NCBI GenBank assembly: GCA_022826705.1
Contig: JAJDUJ010000022.1
Location: 44,989 to 108,988 of the forward strand
Reading direction: 5' to 3'
DNA from: Acidimicrobiia bacterium
GTDB taxonomy: Bacteria > Actinomycetota > Acidimicrobiia > Acidimicrobiales > Bin134
DNA: 64,000 nt
Below are positions 1-9,480 of this stretch, piece after piece. Both the position numbers and the translations under genes were made by a program. Each line of letters opens with the position of its first letter. Within the stretch, counting starts at the first letter, position 1. The notes beneath the pieces were generated by a model. That model did no database searches. It was not told the DNA's origin and worked only from the letters and a program-made list of their open reading frames with translations.

Positions 1-1
1 T

Positions 2-2305
2 GGAGCAGCCCTCACCGAGCTGTTGCGGGAGTTCTCGCCATGTCTTGTGCTCATCGACGAGTGGGTGGGGTATGCCCGCCAGCTCTATGGCATGTCTGGG
101 CTGCCGGCCGGATCGTTCGATGCCCACTTCAGCTTCGCCCAAGCCCTCACCGATGCGGCCAACAACACCCCGGGCGCTCTGCTGGTGGCCACCATTCCGT
201 CATCGCAGATCGAGGTCGGCGGTGAGGGAGGACAGGCTGCGCTCAAGAGGCTGGAAAACCTGTTCGCCCGGATGCAGGCCAACTGGCGCACGGCCACCGC
301 CGAGGAGAGCTTCGAGATCGTTCGGAGGCGGCTGTTCAAGGAGCTGACGCCTGAGGCGCTAACGAAGCGCGACGCAGTGGTGAAGGGCTTTGGCGAGCTG
401 TACCAGAAGCAAGCGAGCGAGTTTCCCTCCGAGTGCAAAGAGGGCGACTACCAGCGCCGCATGAAGGCCACCTATCCGGTCCACCCCGAGTTGTTCGACC
501 GGCTCTTCGAGGAATGGTCCGACCTCGAGCGATTCCAGCGCACCCGCGGCGTCCTGCGATTGATGGCCGAGGTTGTCCACAGCCTCTGGATCAACGACGA
601 CCCCAACCTGCTGATCCTGCCGTCCACCATCCCCATCGACGACAGCAAGGTGTCTGAGGAGCTGCTTCGCCACTTGGAAGCCGACTGGCGGACGGTGGTG
701 GAGGCCGACGTAGACGGCGACAACGCCCTGCCGCTGAAGCTCGACAAGGACAACCCCAACCTGGGGCGCTTTCTGGCCGCCCGCAAGGTGGCCCGCACGG
801 TGTACTTCGGGTCGGCCCCGTCTCAGCAGGCCGCAAACAAGGGACTCGACGACCGGTCCATAAAGCTCGGCTGCATCCAACCCGGTGAGGAGCGGCCCGC
901 CATCTTCGGCGACGCCCTCCGCAAGTTGTCCGACCAGGCCTCCTATCTCTATCGAGACGGCGCCCGCTACTGGTATGCGCTCCAAGCCAATGTCAACCGC
1001 ATCGCCCGAGACCGGGCCGAGGGGCACTTCAACGAGGCCGATGTGGACGATGAGATCCGCCGCCGGCTCGACGAAGCCCTCAAAGCTGGCCGAGGCCAGT
1101 TCGCCGGCGTCCACCCCTGCCCCCGCTCACCTGCCGATGTGCCTGACACCGACGAAGCCCGCCTCGTCGTGTTGGACCCGACCTCGCCCCACGACAGCAA
1201 GACGGAGCAGAGCGAAGCCCTCAAGATGGCCCAGCAAACCCTGCTGGAGCGTGCTGGAGGAGCCAGACAGCATCGCAACATGCTGGTTTTCCTGGCCGCT
1301 GACGTCACCCGCTTGGGCGAGTTGCGCCAAGCGGTTCGCAACCACTTGGCCTGGCAGTCCATTCGAGACGATGCGGAGTCGCTGAACCTCGATCCGCCCA
1401 ATGCCCGCCAGGCTGAGTCGAAGGCGGCCGATGCCGACGAGACGGTGGCTTCTCGGATACCCGAGACCTACATCTGGGTGCTGAATCCATCGCTACCCCC
1501 CGACAATCCGAGAGGAGAAATCCAATGGGAGAAAGCCCGGGTGACCGCCTCGGGGCCGTTGGCTGAGCGGGTGGCCCACAAGCTGGTTCACGACGAGTCG
1601 CTCATCCCGGCATACGGCGGCACACGACTGCGGTGGGAACTGGACCGCGTCCCCCTCTGGCGAGACAACCCGGGGCAGGCCGACGATGAGAAGGTGGCCA
1701 TATCGGTCAATCAGCTTTGGAGCGACATCACCCAGTACCTCTACCTGCCTCGGCTGGTGCGCCGCTCAGTGCTGGAAGACGCCATCCGCGACGGGGTGCA
1801 GTCCACCGTTTGGGCCACCGATGGGATCGCTTATGCCGAGGGACACGATGGGGAGCGCTACGTCGGACTGCGAGCGGGTGAAATGCTGGCCGCCATCGCC
1901 CCCAGCGGACTTTTGGTCCACCCCGATGCCGCCAACTCTCAAATCGAGGCAGAGCAGTCCGCACGAGCGAAGGCAATGGATGACGACGCTGGCGGTGGCG
2001 TAACCGCTCCAGTCGGAACCGAAACCGAAGGGGACGTCGATCCGGAGCCGACGGACCCCGCTGGGCCAACAATGCCCACCCGCTACTACGGCCGGGTCAC
2101 CGTCAAGGCCGACCGTTGGACAAGAACAGCAGCCGACATCGCCGAGGCCATCGTCAATCAACTCGCCCAAGCAGAAGACGCCAAGGTCTCCGTCACCATC
2201 GAAGTAGAGGCCACCGCCGACGACGGCTTCGACGACGACGTCCAGCGCACCATCACCGAAAACGCCGCCACCCTCAAATTCAACGACAGCGACTTCGAAT
2301 CCTGA
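2..2305 (+). CDS. DUF499-family (BrxC/PglY-like) P-loop ATPase, 5'-truncated by window edge
   Basis: The frame is open from nt 2 (GAALTELLREFSPCLVLIDEWV...), so TTG 23 is not the true start. Walker-B-like LVLIDEW and the segment YPVHPELFDRLFEEWSDLERFQRTRGVLRLMA match my memory of DUF499/BrxC ATPases. Stop TGA 2303-2305. Confidence 0.6.
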   Translation, partial: GAALTELLREFSPCLVLIDEWVGYARQLYGMSGLPAGSFDAHFSFAQALTDAANNTPGALLVATIPSSQIEVGGEGGQAALKRLENLFARMQANWRTATAEESFEIVRRRLFKELTPEALTKRDAVVKGFGELYQKQASEFPSECKEGDYQRRMKATYPVHPELFDRLFEEWSDLERFQRTRGVLRLMAEVVHSLWINDDPNLLILPSTIPIDDSKVSEELLRHLEADWRTVVEADVDGDNALPLKLDKDNPNLGRFLAARKVARTVYFGSAPSQQAANKGLDDRSIKLGCIQPGEERPAIFGDALRKLSDQASYLYRDGARYWYALQANVNRIARDRAEGHFNEADVDDEIRRRLDEALKAGRGQFAGVHPCPRSPADVPDTDEARLVVLDPTSPHDSKTEQSEALKMAQQTLLERAGGARQHRNMLVFLAADVTRLGELRQAVRNHLAWQSIRDDAESLNLDPPNARQAESKAADADETVASRIPETYIWVLNPSLPPDNPRGEIQWEKARVTASGPLAERVAHKLVHDESLIPAYGGTRLRWELDRVPLWRDNPGQADDEKVAISVNQLWSDITQYLYLPRLVRRSVLEDAIRDGVQSTVWATDGIAYAEGHDGERYVGLRAGEMLAAIAPSGLLVHPDAANSQIEAEQSARAKAMDDDAGGGVTAPVGTETEGDVDPEPTDPAGPTMPTRYYGRVTVKADRWTRTAADIAEAIVNQLAQAEDAKVSVTIEVEATADDGFDDDVQRTITENAATLKFNDSDFES

Positions 2306-2674
2306 TCATCGCTCGAAGAACCCCCGGCGTTCCAGAAAGCGCCAGGGGAGATAGCCCAGAACTGCGATTACCCCAATCGCCAGAAACGACCACCAATTGC
2401 TCTCCAAGCCGAATGCCCATAGGGGTAAATAGGGGCTTACCTGGATGAGCCCTATGTAGAGGGCCATCCAGGCGAACAGCCTGCCTCTCCGCCAATTCCG
2501 CTGCGGGGCATTGGCCTTTCGATACAGCCAGCCCAGATGGTCGGGCGATTTGAGCCGGTTGTACGGCCAACCGAGCTTCTCGAGGTCAATCTCCGACTGC
2601 TTCTCAGCTGGCTGTTCAGCTGGGCAGGACGGTGATTGGGCAGTTGGGGCCGGGGGCGGCGGCGAGTCTGGCAT
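2306..2674 (-). CDS. hypothetical small membrane protein (2 predicted TM helices)
   Basis: The C-terminal half has two hydrophobic helices (FAWMALYIGLIQVSPYLPLWAF; WWSFLAIGVIAVLGYLPW). The only full-length start, ATG 2674, overlaps the vapC 3' end by 59 nt. The Pro-rich N-terminus could be a GC artefact. Confidence 0.3.
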   Translation of the reverse strand: MPDSPPPPAPTAQSPSCPAEQPAEKQSEIDLEKLGWPYNRLKSPDHLGWLYRKANAPQRNWRRGRLFAWMALYIGLIQVSPYLPLWAFGLESNWWSFLAIGVIAVLGYLPWRFLERRGFFER

Positions 2675-2999
2675 CGGTAGTGAGCAGGGGGCAGTCCAAA
2701 GTCTCGGCTAGGGCGACGTAAGAGGCATCGTAGGCAGAAACATTGTCTCGCAGAGCCCAGATTCTGGCAATCAAACCAGGCAACGGGAAGCGCTCGACAC
2801 CGAGTCTCGTCCAACCTTGTATCGCCAGTTCGGCATCCTCAGTCGTAATCAACCTCCGAATCAGCAGCTTGCGGAGAGTCTGAATCACCTCGGCATCAAC
2901 CAGATGGGGAGCAACTAGTCGGTTCTCGCTCAGCATTTGGCGGGCGCCGCCGTCATTGAGCAACGCCGACACTGCTGCCGAGGCATCGACCACGATCAC
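2616..2999 (-). CDS. vapC: PIN-domain ribonuclease toxin VapC
   Basis: MIVVDASA N-terminal Asp plus [16 protein letters not shown] and LLTTDARL acidic positions typical of PIN. The start overlaps the upstream antitoxin stop by 4 nt. Confidence 0.85.
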   Translation of the reverse strand: MIVVDASAAVSALLNDGGARQMLSENRLVAPHLVDAEVIQTLRKLLIRRLITTEDAELAIQGWTRLGVERFPLPGLIARIWALRDNVSAYDASYVALAETLDCPLLTTDARLAAAPGPNCPITVLPS

Positions 3000-3235
3000 C
3001 TCTCGGCTCGGCCCTCGTGCAGCGCATCCAAGATCTCAGCGGCTGAGATGTCCAGATCGGGCAAGTCGCCGAGCAGCGCCGGGTTGTCGGCCCGGCGGGT
3101 CGAACTGGTCAACTCCCGAACCGCCATAGCCGACACCGACAACCCCTCATAGCCGGCGAGAGTTTCGAGGCGGCGCACGACCTCATCAGGCACATTGCGC
3201 AGATACAGAGTTCGCATGTTGCTAGTTGCTAGCAT
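2996..3235 (-). CDS. vapB: ribbon-helix-helix antitoxin (VapB/FitA-like)
   Basis: [22 protein letters not shown] is a FitA/Arc-type RHH N-terminus. The stop overlaps the vapC start. The true start is probably ATG 3217 (MRTLYL) rather than ATG 3235. Confidence 0.75.
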   Translation of the reverse strand: MLATSNMRTLYLRNVPDEVVRRLETLAGYEGLSVSAMAVRELTSSTRRADNPALLGDLPDLDISAAEILDALHEGRAER

Positions 3236-3254
3236 ATAGCAATCAATTTTGCAA
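3219..3254 (-). promoter_or_regulatory. putative VapB operator: TTGCTA direct repeat plus TTGCTA-N5-TAGCAA palindrome
   Basis: TTGCTA at 3219-3224 and 3226-3231, with inverted TAGCAA at 3237-3242 (perfect 6-5-6 palindrome 3226-3242). A related TTGCAA lies at 3249-3254. The site is immediately 5' of vapB. Confidence 0.35.
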
Positions 3255-3339
3255 TCATCTATCGATCTCGCCTGGAAATCCTGTCAGCGCCCGAACCGTA
3301 TTGTGATCGTACTGATATTTCCATTTATTTCCAGTAGTT

Positions 3340-5928
3340 TTGATTGCATGGGTCGACAGTGACATTTGGTCAGTGCCAGTGGTGTTAAATGCTTCTGTGG
3401 ATCTTCCTGCTGAATCCTCGGTGAACCCCTATCGGCTGCCGCGGGGAGTGGTGCCGCGGCGGTATGAGCTGCGGTTGGAACCGGACTTGGAGGCGTTCAC
3501 GTTTACGGGGACAGTGGGGGTGGACGTTGAGGTGGTGGAGTCGACCAGCGAGATCGTGCTCAATGCGGCCGAGCTGGAGATCAGTGGCGGCGACCTCAAC
3601 GGAGTGGCGTTGGCCGAGGTTGACTACGACGGCGAGCACGAGCGGGCGGTGCTGCGGCTAGGCGAAGCAGTTCAGCCGGGTGCCGCTCGGCTGAACCTGT
3701 CGTTCACCGGCACGCTCAACGACCAGCTTCGGGGGTTTTATCGCTCGACGTTTACCGATGACGATGGCGATGAGCGGGTGATCGCCACCACGCAGTTTGA
3801 ATCGACCAATGCCCGACGGGCGTTTCCGTGCTGGGACGAGCCCGACCTCAAGGCGGTGTTCGAGGTGACCCTGGTGGTGCCCGGCGACCTGATGGCGGTG
3901 TCGTCGGGGGCGGAGGTGGATTCACGACCTACTGGCGACGGGCGCCGGGAGGTGTCATTCGCCCCCACCATGGAGATGTCCACCTATCTGCTGGCCTTCA
4001 TAGTCGGCCCGCTGGAGGCCACCGATCCGGTAGATGTGAACGGCACGCCGCTGCGTGTCGTTCATCCCATCGGCAAAGGACATCTCACCGAGTACGCCCT
4101 CGACGCCGGAGCGTTCTGCCTCGGCTTCTTCGAGGACTACTTCGCTATCGACTACCCCGGCGACAAGCTCGACCTCGTGGCTATACCCGACTTCGCCTTC
4201 GGGGCCATGGAGAACATGGGCTGCGTCACCTTCCGGGAGATCCTGCTGCTGTTGGACCCCGACTCATCAACCCAGCAGGAGCGGCAGACCGCGGTGGACG
4301 TGATTGCCCACGAACTGGCCCACATGTGGTTCGGAAACCTGGTCACCATGAAGTGGTGGAACGGCATCTGGCTGAAGGAGGCCTTCGCCACGTTCTGCGA
4401 GATGCTGGCAGTGGACGCCTACCGCCCCGACTGGAAGCGCTGGCTGGCCTTCGGATTGTCGCGGGCCGCGGCCTTCGACGTGGACGCCCTGGCCGCCACC
4501 CGGGCCATCGAGTACCCAGTGGTCTCCCCCGCCGATGCCGAGGGAATGTACGACTTGCTCACCTACGAAAAGGGCGCAGCCGCGGTGCGGATGCTGGAGC
4601 AGTACCTAGGCGTCGACGAATTCCGCGACGGGGTCCGCCACTATCTCCGGCGCCATTCCTACGCCAACACCGAGACCCACGACATTTGGGATGCGCTGGC
4701 CGAGTCCACCGGCGAACCGGCCCGAGACGTTATGGACTCATGGATCTTCCAGGGCGGCCACCCGGTGGTGACCGCCGCGACCGATGACGGCGGTGCCATC
4801 ACGCTCCGCCAAGAACGGTTCCGCTACGACGGCCAACCCGACGACGCCCGCTGGCAAGTGCCGGTAGTGGCCGCAGTGGGTACCAATGCCGCAGAGCACA
4901 CCGAGCGGCTAGTGCTTGAGGACCCAGTGGCCCTGAGCACCGACGACCCCGCCTGGGTCATGGTCAATCCGACAGCCGACGGCTTCTACCGAGTGGCCTA
5001 CGAGGGCGGATTGCTCGACCGGCTGCTGGACGGCGGCCCCGACCTAGACCCCCTCCAGCGCTACGTACTGGTGGACGACCAGTGGGCCCTCACGGTGGCG
5101 AACCGGCTGAGCGTGGCCGATTACGTGGGGTTCGCCGAACGTATGGCCGCCGCGGAGGACGATCTGGCGGTGTGGCGCCGCTTGGCCAGCACGCTGGGCA
5201 CCCTCGACCACATGGTTCCCGACGACGGAAGGGCCGACCTCCAAGCTCGAGTCCAAAGCCTGGTCGGGCCGGCCTGGGCTCGGGTGGGCTGGGAGCCGGT
5301 CGCCGGAGAAGACGAGCGCATCGGCGAGCTGAGGGGCGTGCTGGCCCGCACCCTGGCCGTGGGCGGCAACGACGCCGACGCCATCGCCCGGTGCCGAGAA
5401 TTGATGGCCGCCGAGGCCGTCGACCCCGCCCTGGCCGCGGCCGCCATTGCGGTGGTGGCCGCCACCGGTGACGACGCCGACTACCAGGAGATCCACCACC
5501 GCTACCAAAGCGCCCCCACCCCCCAGCTCGAACTGCGCTACCTGATGGCACTCACCACCTTCGACGACCCCGCGCTCATGGACCGCACCCTGGCCGCCAC
5601 CCTCGACGGCACAGTTCGCAGCCAAGACGCCGGATTCGTGCTCCGAGGCTGCCTGGAGAACCGCGGCCGCGGCCCCCAAGCATGGGCATTCATCACCGAA
5701 CACTGGGACGACATCAACCAACGCCTCCCCACCGCCATAGTCCCCCGAATGCTCGGCGGCATAACCGCCCTCTCCACCCCTGAGCTAGCCACCGAAGTCG
5801 AGGAGTTCCTAAAAGCCCACCCCGTCCCCCAAGGCAAGCTGATCCTCGCCCAACACCTAGAACGCCAAAAGGTAAACGTCCAACTGCGAAGCCGAGTCCA
5901 GGAAGCTCTGGGAACGAAGGAGAACTGA
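3340..5928 (+). CDS. pepN: aminopeptidase N (M1 family zinc metallopeptidase)
   Basis: GAMEN motif (FGAMENMG) and HELAHMWFGN followed by WLKEAFA (HExxH-x18-E). N-terminal NPYRLP. The start is uncertain (TTG 3340, or in-frame GTGs at 3373-3421). Confidence 0.9.
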   Translation: MIAWVDSDIWSVPVVLNASVDLPAESSVNPYRLPRGVVPRRYELRLEPDLEAFTFTGTVGVDVEVVESTSEIVLNAAELEISGGDLNGVALAEVDYDGEHERAVLRLGEAVQPGAARLNLSFTGTLNDQLRGFYRSTFTDDDGDERVIATTQFESTNARRAFPCWDEPDLKAVFEVTLVVPGDLMAVSSGAEVDSRPTGDGRREVSFAPTMEMSTYLLAFIVGPLEATDPVDVNGTPLRVVHPIGKGHLTEYALDAGAFCLGFFEDYFAIDYPGDKLDLVAIPDFAFGAMENMGCVTFREILLLLDPDSSTQQERQTAVDVIAHELAHMWFGNLVTMKWWNGIWLKEAFATFCEMLAVDAYRPDWKRWLAFGLSRAAAFDVDALAATRAIEYPVVSPADAEGMYDLLTYEKGAAAVRMLEQYLGVDEFRDGVRHYLRRHSYANTETHDIWDALAESTGEPARDVMDSWIFQGGHPVVTAATDDGGAITLRQERFRYDGQPDDARWQVPVVAAVGTNAAEHTERLVLEDPVALSTDDPAWVMVNPTADGFYRVAYEGGLLDRLLDGGPDLDPLQRYVLVDDQWALTVANRLSVADYVGFAERMAAAEDDLAVWRRLASTLGTLDHMVPDDGRADLQARVQSLVGPAWARVGWEPVAGEDERIGELRGVLARTLAVGGNDADAIARCRELMAAEAVDPALAAAAIAVVAATGDDADYQEIHHRYQSAPTPQLELRYLMALTTFDDPALMDRTLAATLDGTVRSQDAGFVLRGCLENRGRGPQAWAFITEHWDDINQRLPTAIVPRMLGGITALSTPELATEVEEFLKAHPVPQGKLILAQHLERQKVNVQLRSRVQEALGTKEN

Positions 5929-6021
5929 GGCAGGGCGGGGGGTGGCCCGGCTCAGGGCGCCCGCCGCCCGGAGTTCATCGAGGACGGCGGGCTGGGCCGG
6001 GACAGGACCCGCCGCCCTGCC
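5929..6021. terminator. compound GC-rich hairpin between convergent pepN and hpnH
   Basis: Nested inverted repeats: GGCAGGGCGG 5929-5938 / CCGCCCTGCC 6012-6021; GGCCC 5944-5948 / GGGCC 5994-5998; GCCCGCCG 5959-5966 / CGGCGGGC 5985-5992. No U-tract. Confidence 0.35.
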
Positions 6022-6030
6022 GGACGCGCG

Positions 6031-7038
6031 CTAACCAGTCCCTACCGCGGCCCTGATGGACTCGCGTAGCGACTTCATTGTGGCGAACACGGCGGTGGGC
6101 TCGTAGCCGCAGTGGGCCATGCAGTTTTCGCAGCGGGGGTCTTTGCCGCGGCCGTAGCTGTCCCAGTCGGTGGTTTCGATCAGTTCCTGGTAGGTCTCGG
6201 TGTAGCCATCGGACATGAGGTAGCAGGGCCGCTGCCAGCCGAACACCGAGTAGCTGGGGATGCCCCAGGCGGTGCACTCGTACTCCACCTTGCCCTCAAG
6301 GAAGTCCAAGAACAGCGGCGTGTGGTTCAGCCGCCACTTCTTGCGCTTACCCTCGGAGAAGGCGTCCCTAAAGAGGCTCTTGGTCTGCTCCACCGGCAAG
6401 AAATGCTCCTGGTCGGGGGCCTTCTCGTAGGCGTACCCCGGCGAGATCATCATGGAGTCGACTTCCAGATCGTCGTTCAAGAAGTCGAGCACGCTGCGCA
6501 CGTCCTCGGGGCTATCGGTGCTGAAGAAGGTGCTGTTGGTGGTGACCCGGAAACCCTTGGCCTTGGCCTCGTTCACGGCCTCCACAACCTCGTCGAAGAC
6601 ACCCTCGCGGGCCACCGCCAGGTCGTGGCGCTCCTGAAGCCCGTCCACGTGGACCACGAACGAGAAGTAGGGCGACGGCGTGAACTTGTCGATCTTGCGC
6701 CGCAGCAGCACCGCGTTGGTACACAGGTACACGAACTTCTTGCGCTTGATGAGCTCGTCCACCATCTCGCTGATCTGGGGATGCAGCAACGGCTCGCCCC
6801 CGGCGATGGATACCATCGGGGCTCCGCACTCCTCCATGGCCGCCACCGCCTCGTCCACGCTGACCCGCTTGCGCAGCACCTCAGTTGGGTACTGGATCTT
6901 GCCGCAGCCCGGACACTCCAGATTGCAGGCGAACAGCGGTTCCAGCTCCACAATCAGCGGGAACTTCTCGCGGCGCCGCAGCTTGTTCTTGAACACGTAG
7001 GTGCCCACCTTTGCCGCTTGCCTCAGCGGAATAGGCAT
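6031..7038 (-). CDS. hpnH: radical-SAM adenosylhopane synthase HpnH
   Basis: CxxxCxxC in FACNLECPGCGKIQYP. Overall resemblance to HpnH. Last gene of the shc operon. Confidence 0.85.
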   Translation of the reverse strand: MPIPLRQAAKVGTYVFKNKLRRREKFPLIVELEPLFACNLECPGCGKIQYPTEVLRKRVSVDEAVAAMEECGAPMVSIAGGEPLLHPQISEMVDELIKRKKFVYLCTNAVLLRRKIDKFTPSPYFSFVVHVDGLQERHDLAVAREGVFDEVVEAVNEAKAKGFRVTTNSTFFSTDSPEDVRSVLDFLNDDLEVDSMMISPGYAYEKAPDQEHFLPVEQTKSLFRDAFSEGKRKKWRLNHTPLFLDFLEGKVEYECTAWGIPSYSVFGWQRPCYLMSDGYTETYQELIETTDWDSYGRGKDPRCENCMAHCGYEPTAVFATMKSLRESIRAAVGTG

Positions 7039-7039
7039 G

Positions 7040-7597
7040 TCAGAAATCCTCCTCGGACAGCACCGGCGTCAACCGGCGAATGGTCCGCAATGCTCGATAG
7101 ATCCTCACGGGAGCAACCAGAGACCGCAGCTCATGGCTGGGGGTGTCGGTTACCACCCGCACCACTGCTGCCGGACCACGATGATGCTCCAAAAGCCAGG
7201 CCGACTCCATATCGACCGCCACCGCCCCCCGGTTGGCCAGCTCCTGGCGACTCGCCCCAACCGCCAACTCGGACACGCTAGCCACCGGGCCGGTGTGTAC
7301 GGTAAATCCGGCCGCTTGCAGACCCTTGGCCACTGCTTCGGATTGGGGCAGGCCAATGGGCGACACATCGTCAGCCGATACCTCGGTGGCCACAACCACG
7401 TCACCCGGCTCGATGCCATCGACCACCGCCCCGCCCATGCCAACCACCGCTACCGGGCCGCGGTGCGGCTCAACCCGGCGACTGCGCTTGGGCCCCATGC
7501 CGGTACACACCACCTTTGCCCCACCGCCGTGCCGGCGGATTCCCCGCCGGGCGGCTCGGGCCTCCATAGCCAACGGACACAGCACCACCAGGCTCAC
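7040..7597 (-). CDS. hpnG: hopanoid-associated phosphorylase/nucleosidase HpnG
   Basis: PNP/UDP-phosphorylase-like segments (GMGGAVVDGIEPGDVVVATEV; AVDMESAW). Lies between shc and hpnH. The GTG start overlaps the shc stop (GTGA 7594-7597). Confidence 0.7.
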   Translation of the reverse strand: MSLVVLCPLAMEARAARRGIRRHGGGAKVVCTGMGPKRSRRVEPHRGPVAVVGMGGAVVDGIEPGDVVVATEVSADDVSPIGLPQSEAVAKGLQAAGFTVHTGPVASVSELAVGASRQELANRGAVAVDMESAWLLEHHRGPAAVVRVVTDTPSHELRSLVAPVRIYRALRTIRRLTPVLSEEDF

Positions 7598-9480
7598 CCC
7601 TCACCCGTTGTCGCCTGCACCCAGCGGCCCAGGGCCATCAACGGGAACACCAGCCGGTAGAGGTGGTAGCGGATGTAGAAGTCGCCGGAGAAGCCGGTGC
7701 CGGTGTACCAGGGCTCGTCCCAGTCCCCGTCGTCGCGCTGGTGCTCTACCAGCCAGGCCACCCCTCGCTGGGCCGCCTCCTCGCTCGCACGCCCCGCGGC
7801 GATCAACGCCAGCAGCACCCATGCAGTCTGCGACGGGGTGGACTCCCCCCGCCCCCGCCAGTTGTCGTCGACATAGGAGCGCATGTCCTCGCCCCACCCG
7901 CCGTCTTGGTTTTGCACCGACTCCAGCCAGCGGCATGCTCGCACTATCCGGTTGTCGTCGGCGGGCACCCCGGCGCTGATCAACGCCGGGACCACCGCCC
8001 CGGTGCCGTAGAGGTAGTTGGCCCCCCAGCGCCCATACCAGGAACCGTCCTCCTCCTGCTCATCACTGAGCCACCGAACCCCGCGGTCCATTGCATTCCG
8101 GTCGATTGGGAAGCCCATACCGTCGGCATCCAGCTCGGCGAGCATCTCCACCACGTGGGCGGTCACATCGGCCGACGGCGGATCGATGACCTCTCCGAAA
8201 TCGCAGAACGGGAGCTCGGCCACCAGCGGCGAGCAGTTGTCGGCATCGAATGCCGCCCAGCCACCATCGGAGCACTGCATCCCCTGGGCCCACACCACCG
8301 CCCGATCCAGCGCCTTTTGCACCTGCTTGGCGTCGGGATGGCGGATGCGGCGCAGGGCGAGGGCCACCTCGGCGGTGTCGTCCAGATCGGGGTAGTAGTT
8401 GTTCTCGAACTCGAACGCCCATCCCCCCGGGGCCAGATGGGGGCGTTGCTCAGCCCAGTCGCCCACGATCTGGACCTCTTGATCGATGAGCCAGCGGGCC
8501 CCGGCCACCATCTGCGGGTCTTCGGCGTCCACACCGGCATCGGCCAGCGCGAGCAGCGCCAGGCAGGTATCCCAAACCGGCGACTGGCAGCACTCCAAGC
8601 GTCGCATGTCGTCTTCGACGATGGTCCAAGCGTCGAACCCGGCCAGCCCTTGGGCCAGAATCGGATGGTGCAGGGAATGGCCCCGCACGTACAGGGCCAA
8701 GAGCGAGTACACCCACGGCGGCTGGATGCCCCCCCAGCAGCCGTCGGACTCCTGACGGGCGATGATCCACTGCTCGGCCCGACTGAGCGCCCACTCCCGC
8801 ACCCGCCGCTGCGGACGGTTCTCGTAGAGATGCAGCACTTGATCAAGGCGCTGGAATCGCCGCGCTGGACTCCCGGGCGGGGCGAGCTCCCGTTCCGGGG
8901 GGATCGCCCCGGTGCGGATCTCATCCAGGTTCAGTCCCATAGACCGCACCGGGCGGTGAGCCCCCACCACGGTCAAAGCGACCAGGGTTTGGCGGGCCCA
9001 GCAGGCGAAGTCATAGATGTTCAGCGGAACCTGCTTGGGCAGAAAGATCACCTCGGGAGGCAGGGCGGGCAGGTCTTCCCATCGCCAGAGGTCGAAAAGC
9101 GCCATCCAGATTCGGGTGAAAACCCGGCTGCGCTCCAGCCCTCCCTCGGCGCGGATATAGGCGGCGGCTTTGGCCATGTGGTCGGCGTCGACGGGATCGC
9201 CGGCGTAGCGCAGCGCCCAGTAGGCCTCCACGGTCACCGACAGATCGGCCGGACCCTGGTAGAAGGTGGCCCACGTGCCGTCGGCTCGCTGGTTGTGGCG
9301 GATCCAGTTGGCCGTCTGCCGGGTGACCTCGGGGTCGGCGATGCCCAAGAACTCCCGGAGGAACAGATCCTCGGCCTCGATGGACACGTTGGTCTCCAGC
9401 TCGTCTTTCCACCATCCCTGAGTGTCTTGCAGACTGAGGAGCCGTTCGGTGGCCTTGGCCAAAGATTGCTCAACGCCCAT
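7594..9480 (-). CDS. shc: squalene-hopene cyclase
   Basis: DxDD motif in YYPDLDDTAEVALAL and QW-type repeats. The start is set to ATG 9480 (MGVEQSLAKATERLL), which overlaps the previous stop (TGATG 9478-9482). The 67 upstream codons of the ORF track are an Arg/Gly-rich artefact. Confidence 0.9.
   Translation of the reverse strand: MGVEQSLAKATERLLSLQDTQGWWKDELETNVSIEAEDLFLREFLGIADPEVTRQTANWIRHNQRADGTWATFYQGPADLSVTVEAYWALRYAGDPVDADHMAKAAAYIRAEGGLERSRVFTRIWMALFDLWRWEDLPALPPEVIFLPKQVPLNIYDFACWARQTLVALTVVGAHRPVRSMGLNLDEIRTGAIPPERELAPPGSPARRFQRLDQVLHLYENRPQRRVREWALSRAEQWIIARQESDGCWGGIQPPWVYSLLALYVRGHSLHHPILAQGLAGFDAWTIVEDDMRRLECCQSPVWDTCLALLALADAGVDAEDPQMVAGARWLIDQEVQIVGDWAEQRPHLAPGGWAFEFENNYYPDLDDTAEVALALRRIRHPDAKQVQKALDRAVVWAQGMQCSDGGWAAFDADNCSPLVAELPFCDFGEVIDPPSADVTAHVVEMLAELDADGMGFPIDRNAMDRGVRWLSDEQEEDGSWYGRWGANYLYGTGAVVPALISAGVPADDNRIVRACRWLESVQNQDGGWGEDMRSYVDDNWRGRGESTPSQTAWVLLALIAAGRASEEAAQRGVAWLVEHQRDDGDWDEPWYTGTGFSGDFYIRYHLYRLVFPLMALGRWVQATTGEG

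Noticed and set aside
2294-2302. TTCGAATCC, a tRNA T-loop-like string, considered as a possible tRNA or att remnant next to the defence-like genes.
   Set aside because: It lies inside the DUF499 coding frame (NDSDFES-stop). The flanking bases cannot form a T-stem or acceptor stem.
6112-7281. Long antisense ORFs with no start/stop logic. Examples: 6112-7281, 7663-9594, 24760-25869, 25945-26898, 36624-37814, 54596-55918, 56754-57992, 62507-63400.
   Set aside because: They lie opposite genes with clear family motifs. Their translations are Arg/Gly/Pro/His-rich low-complexity strings, typical of stop-codon-poor antisense frames at about 70% GC.
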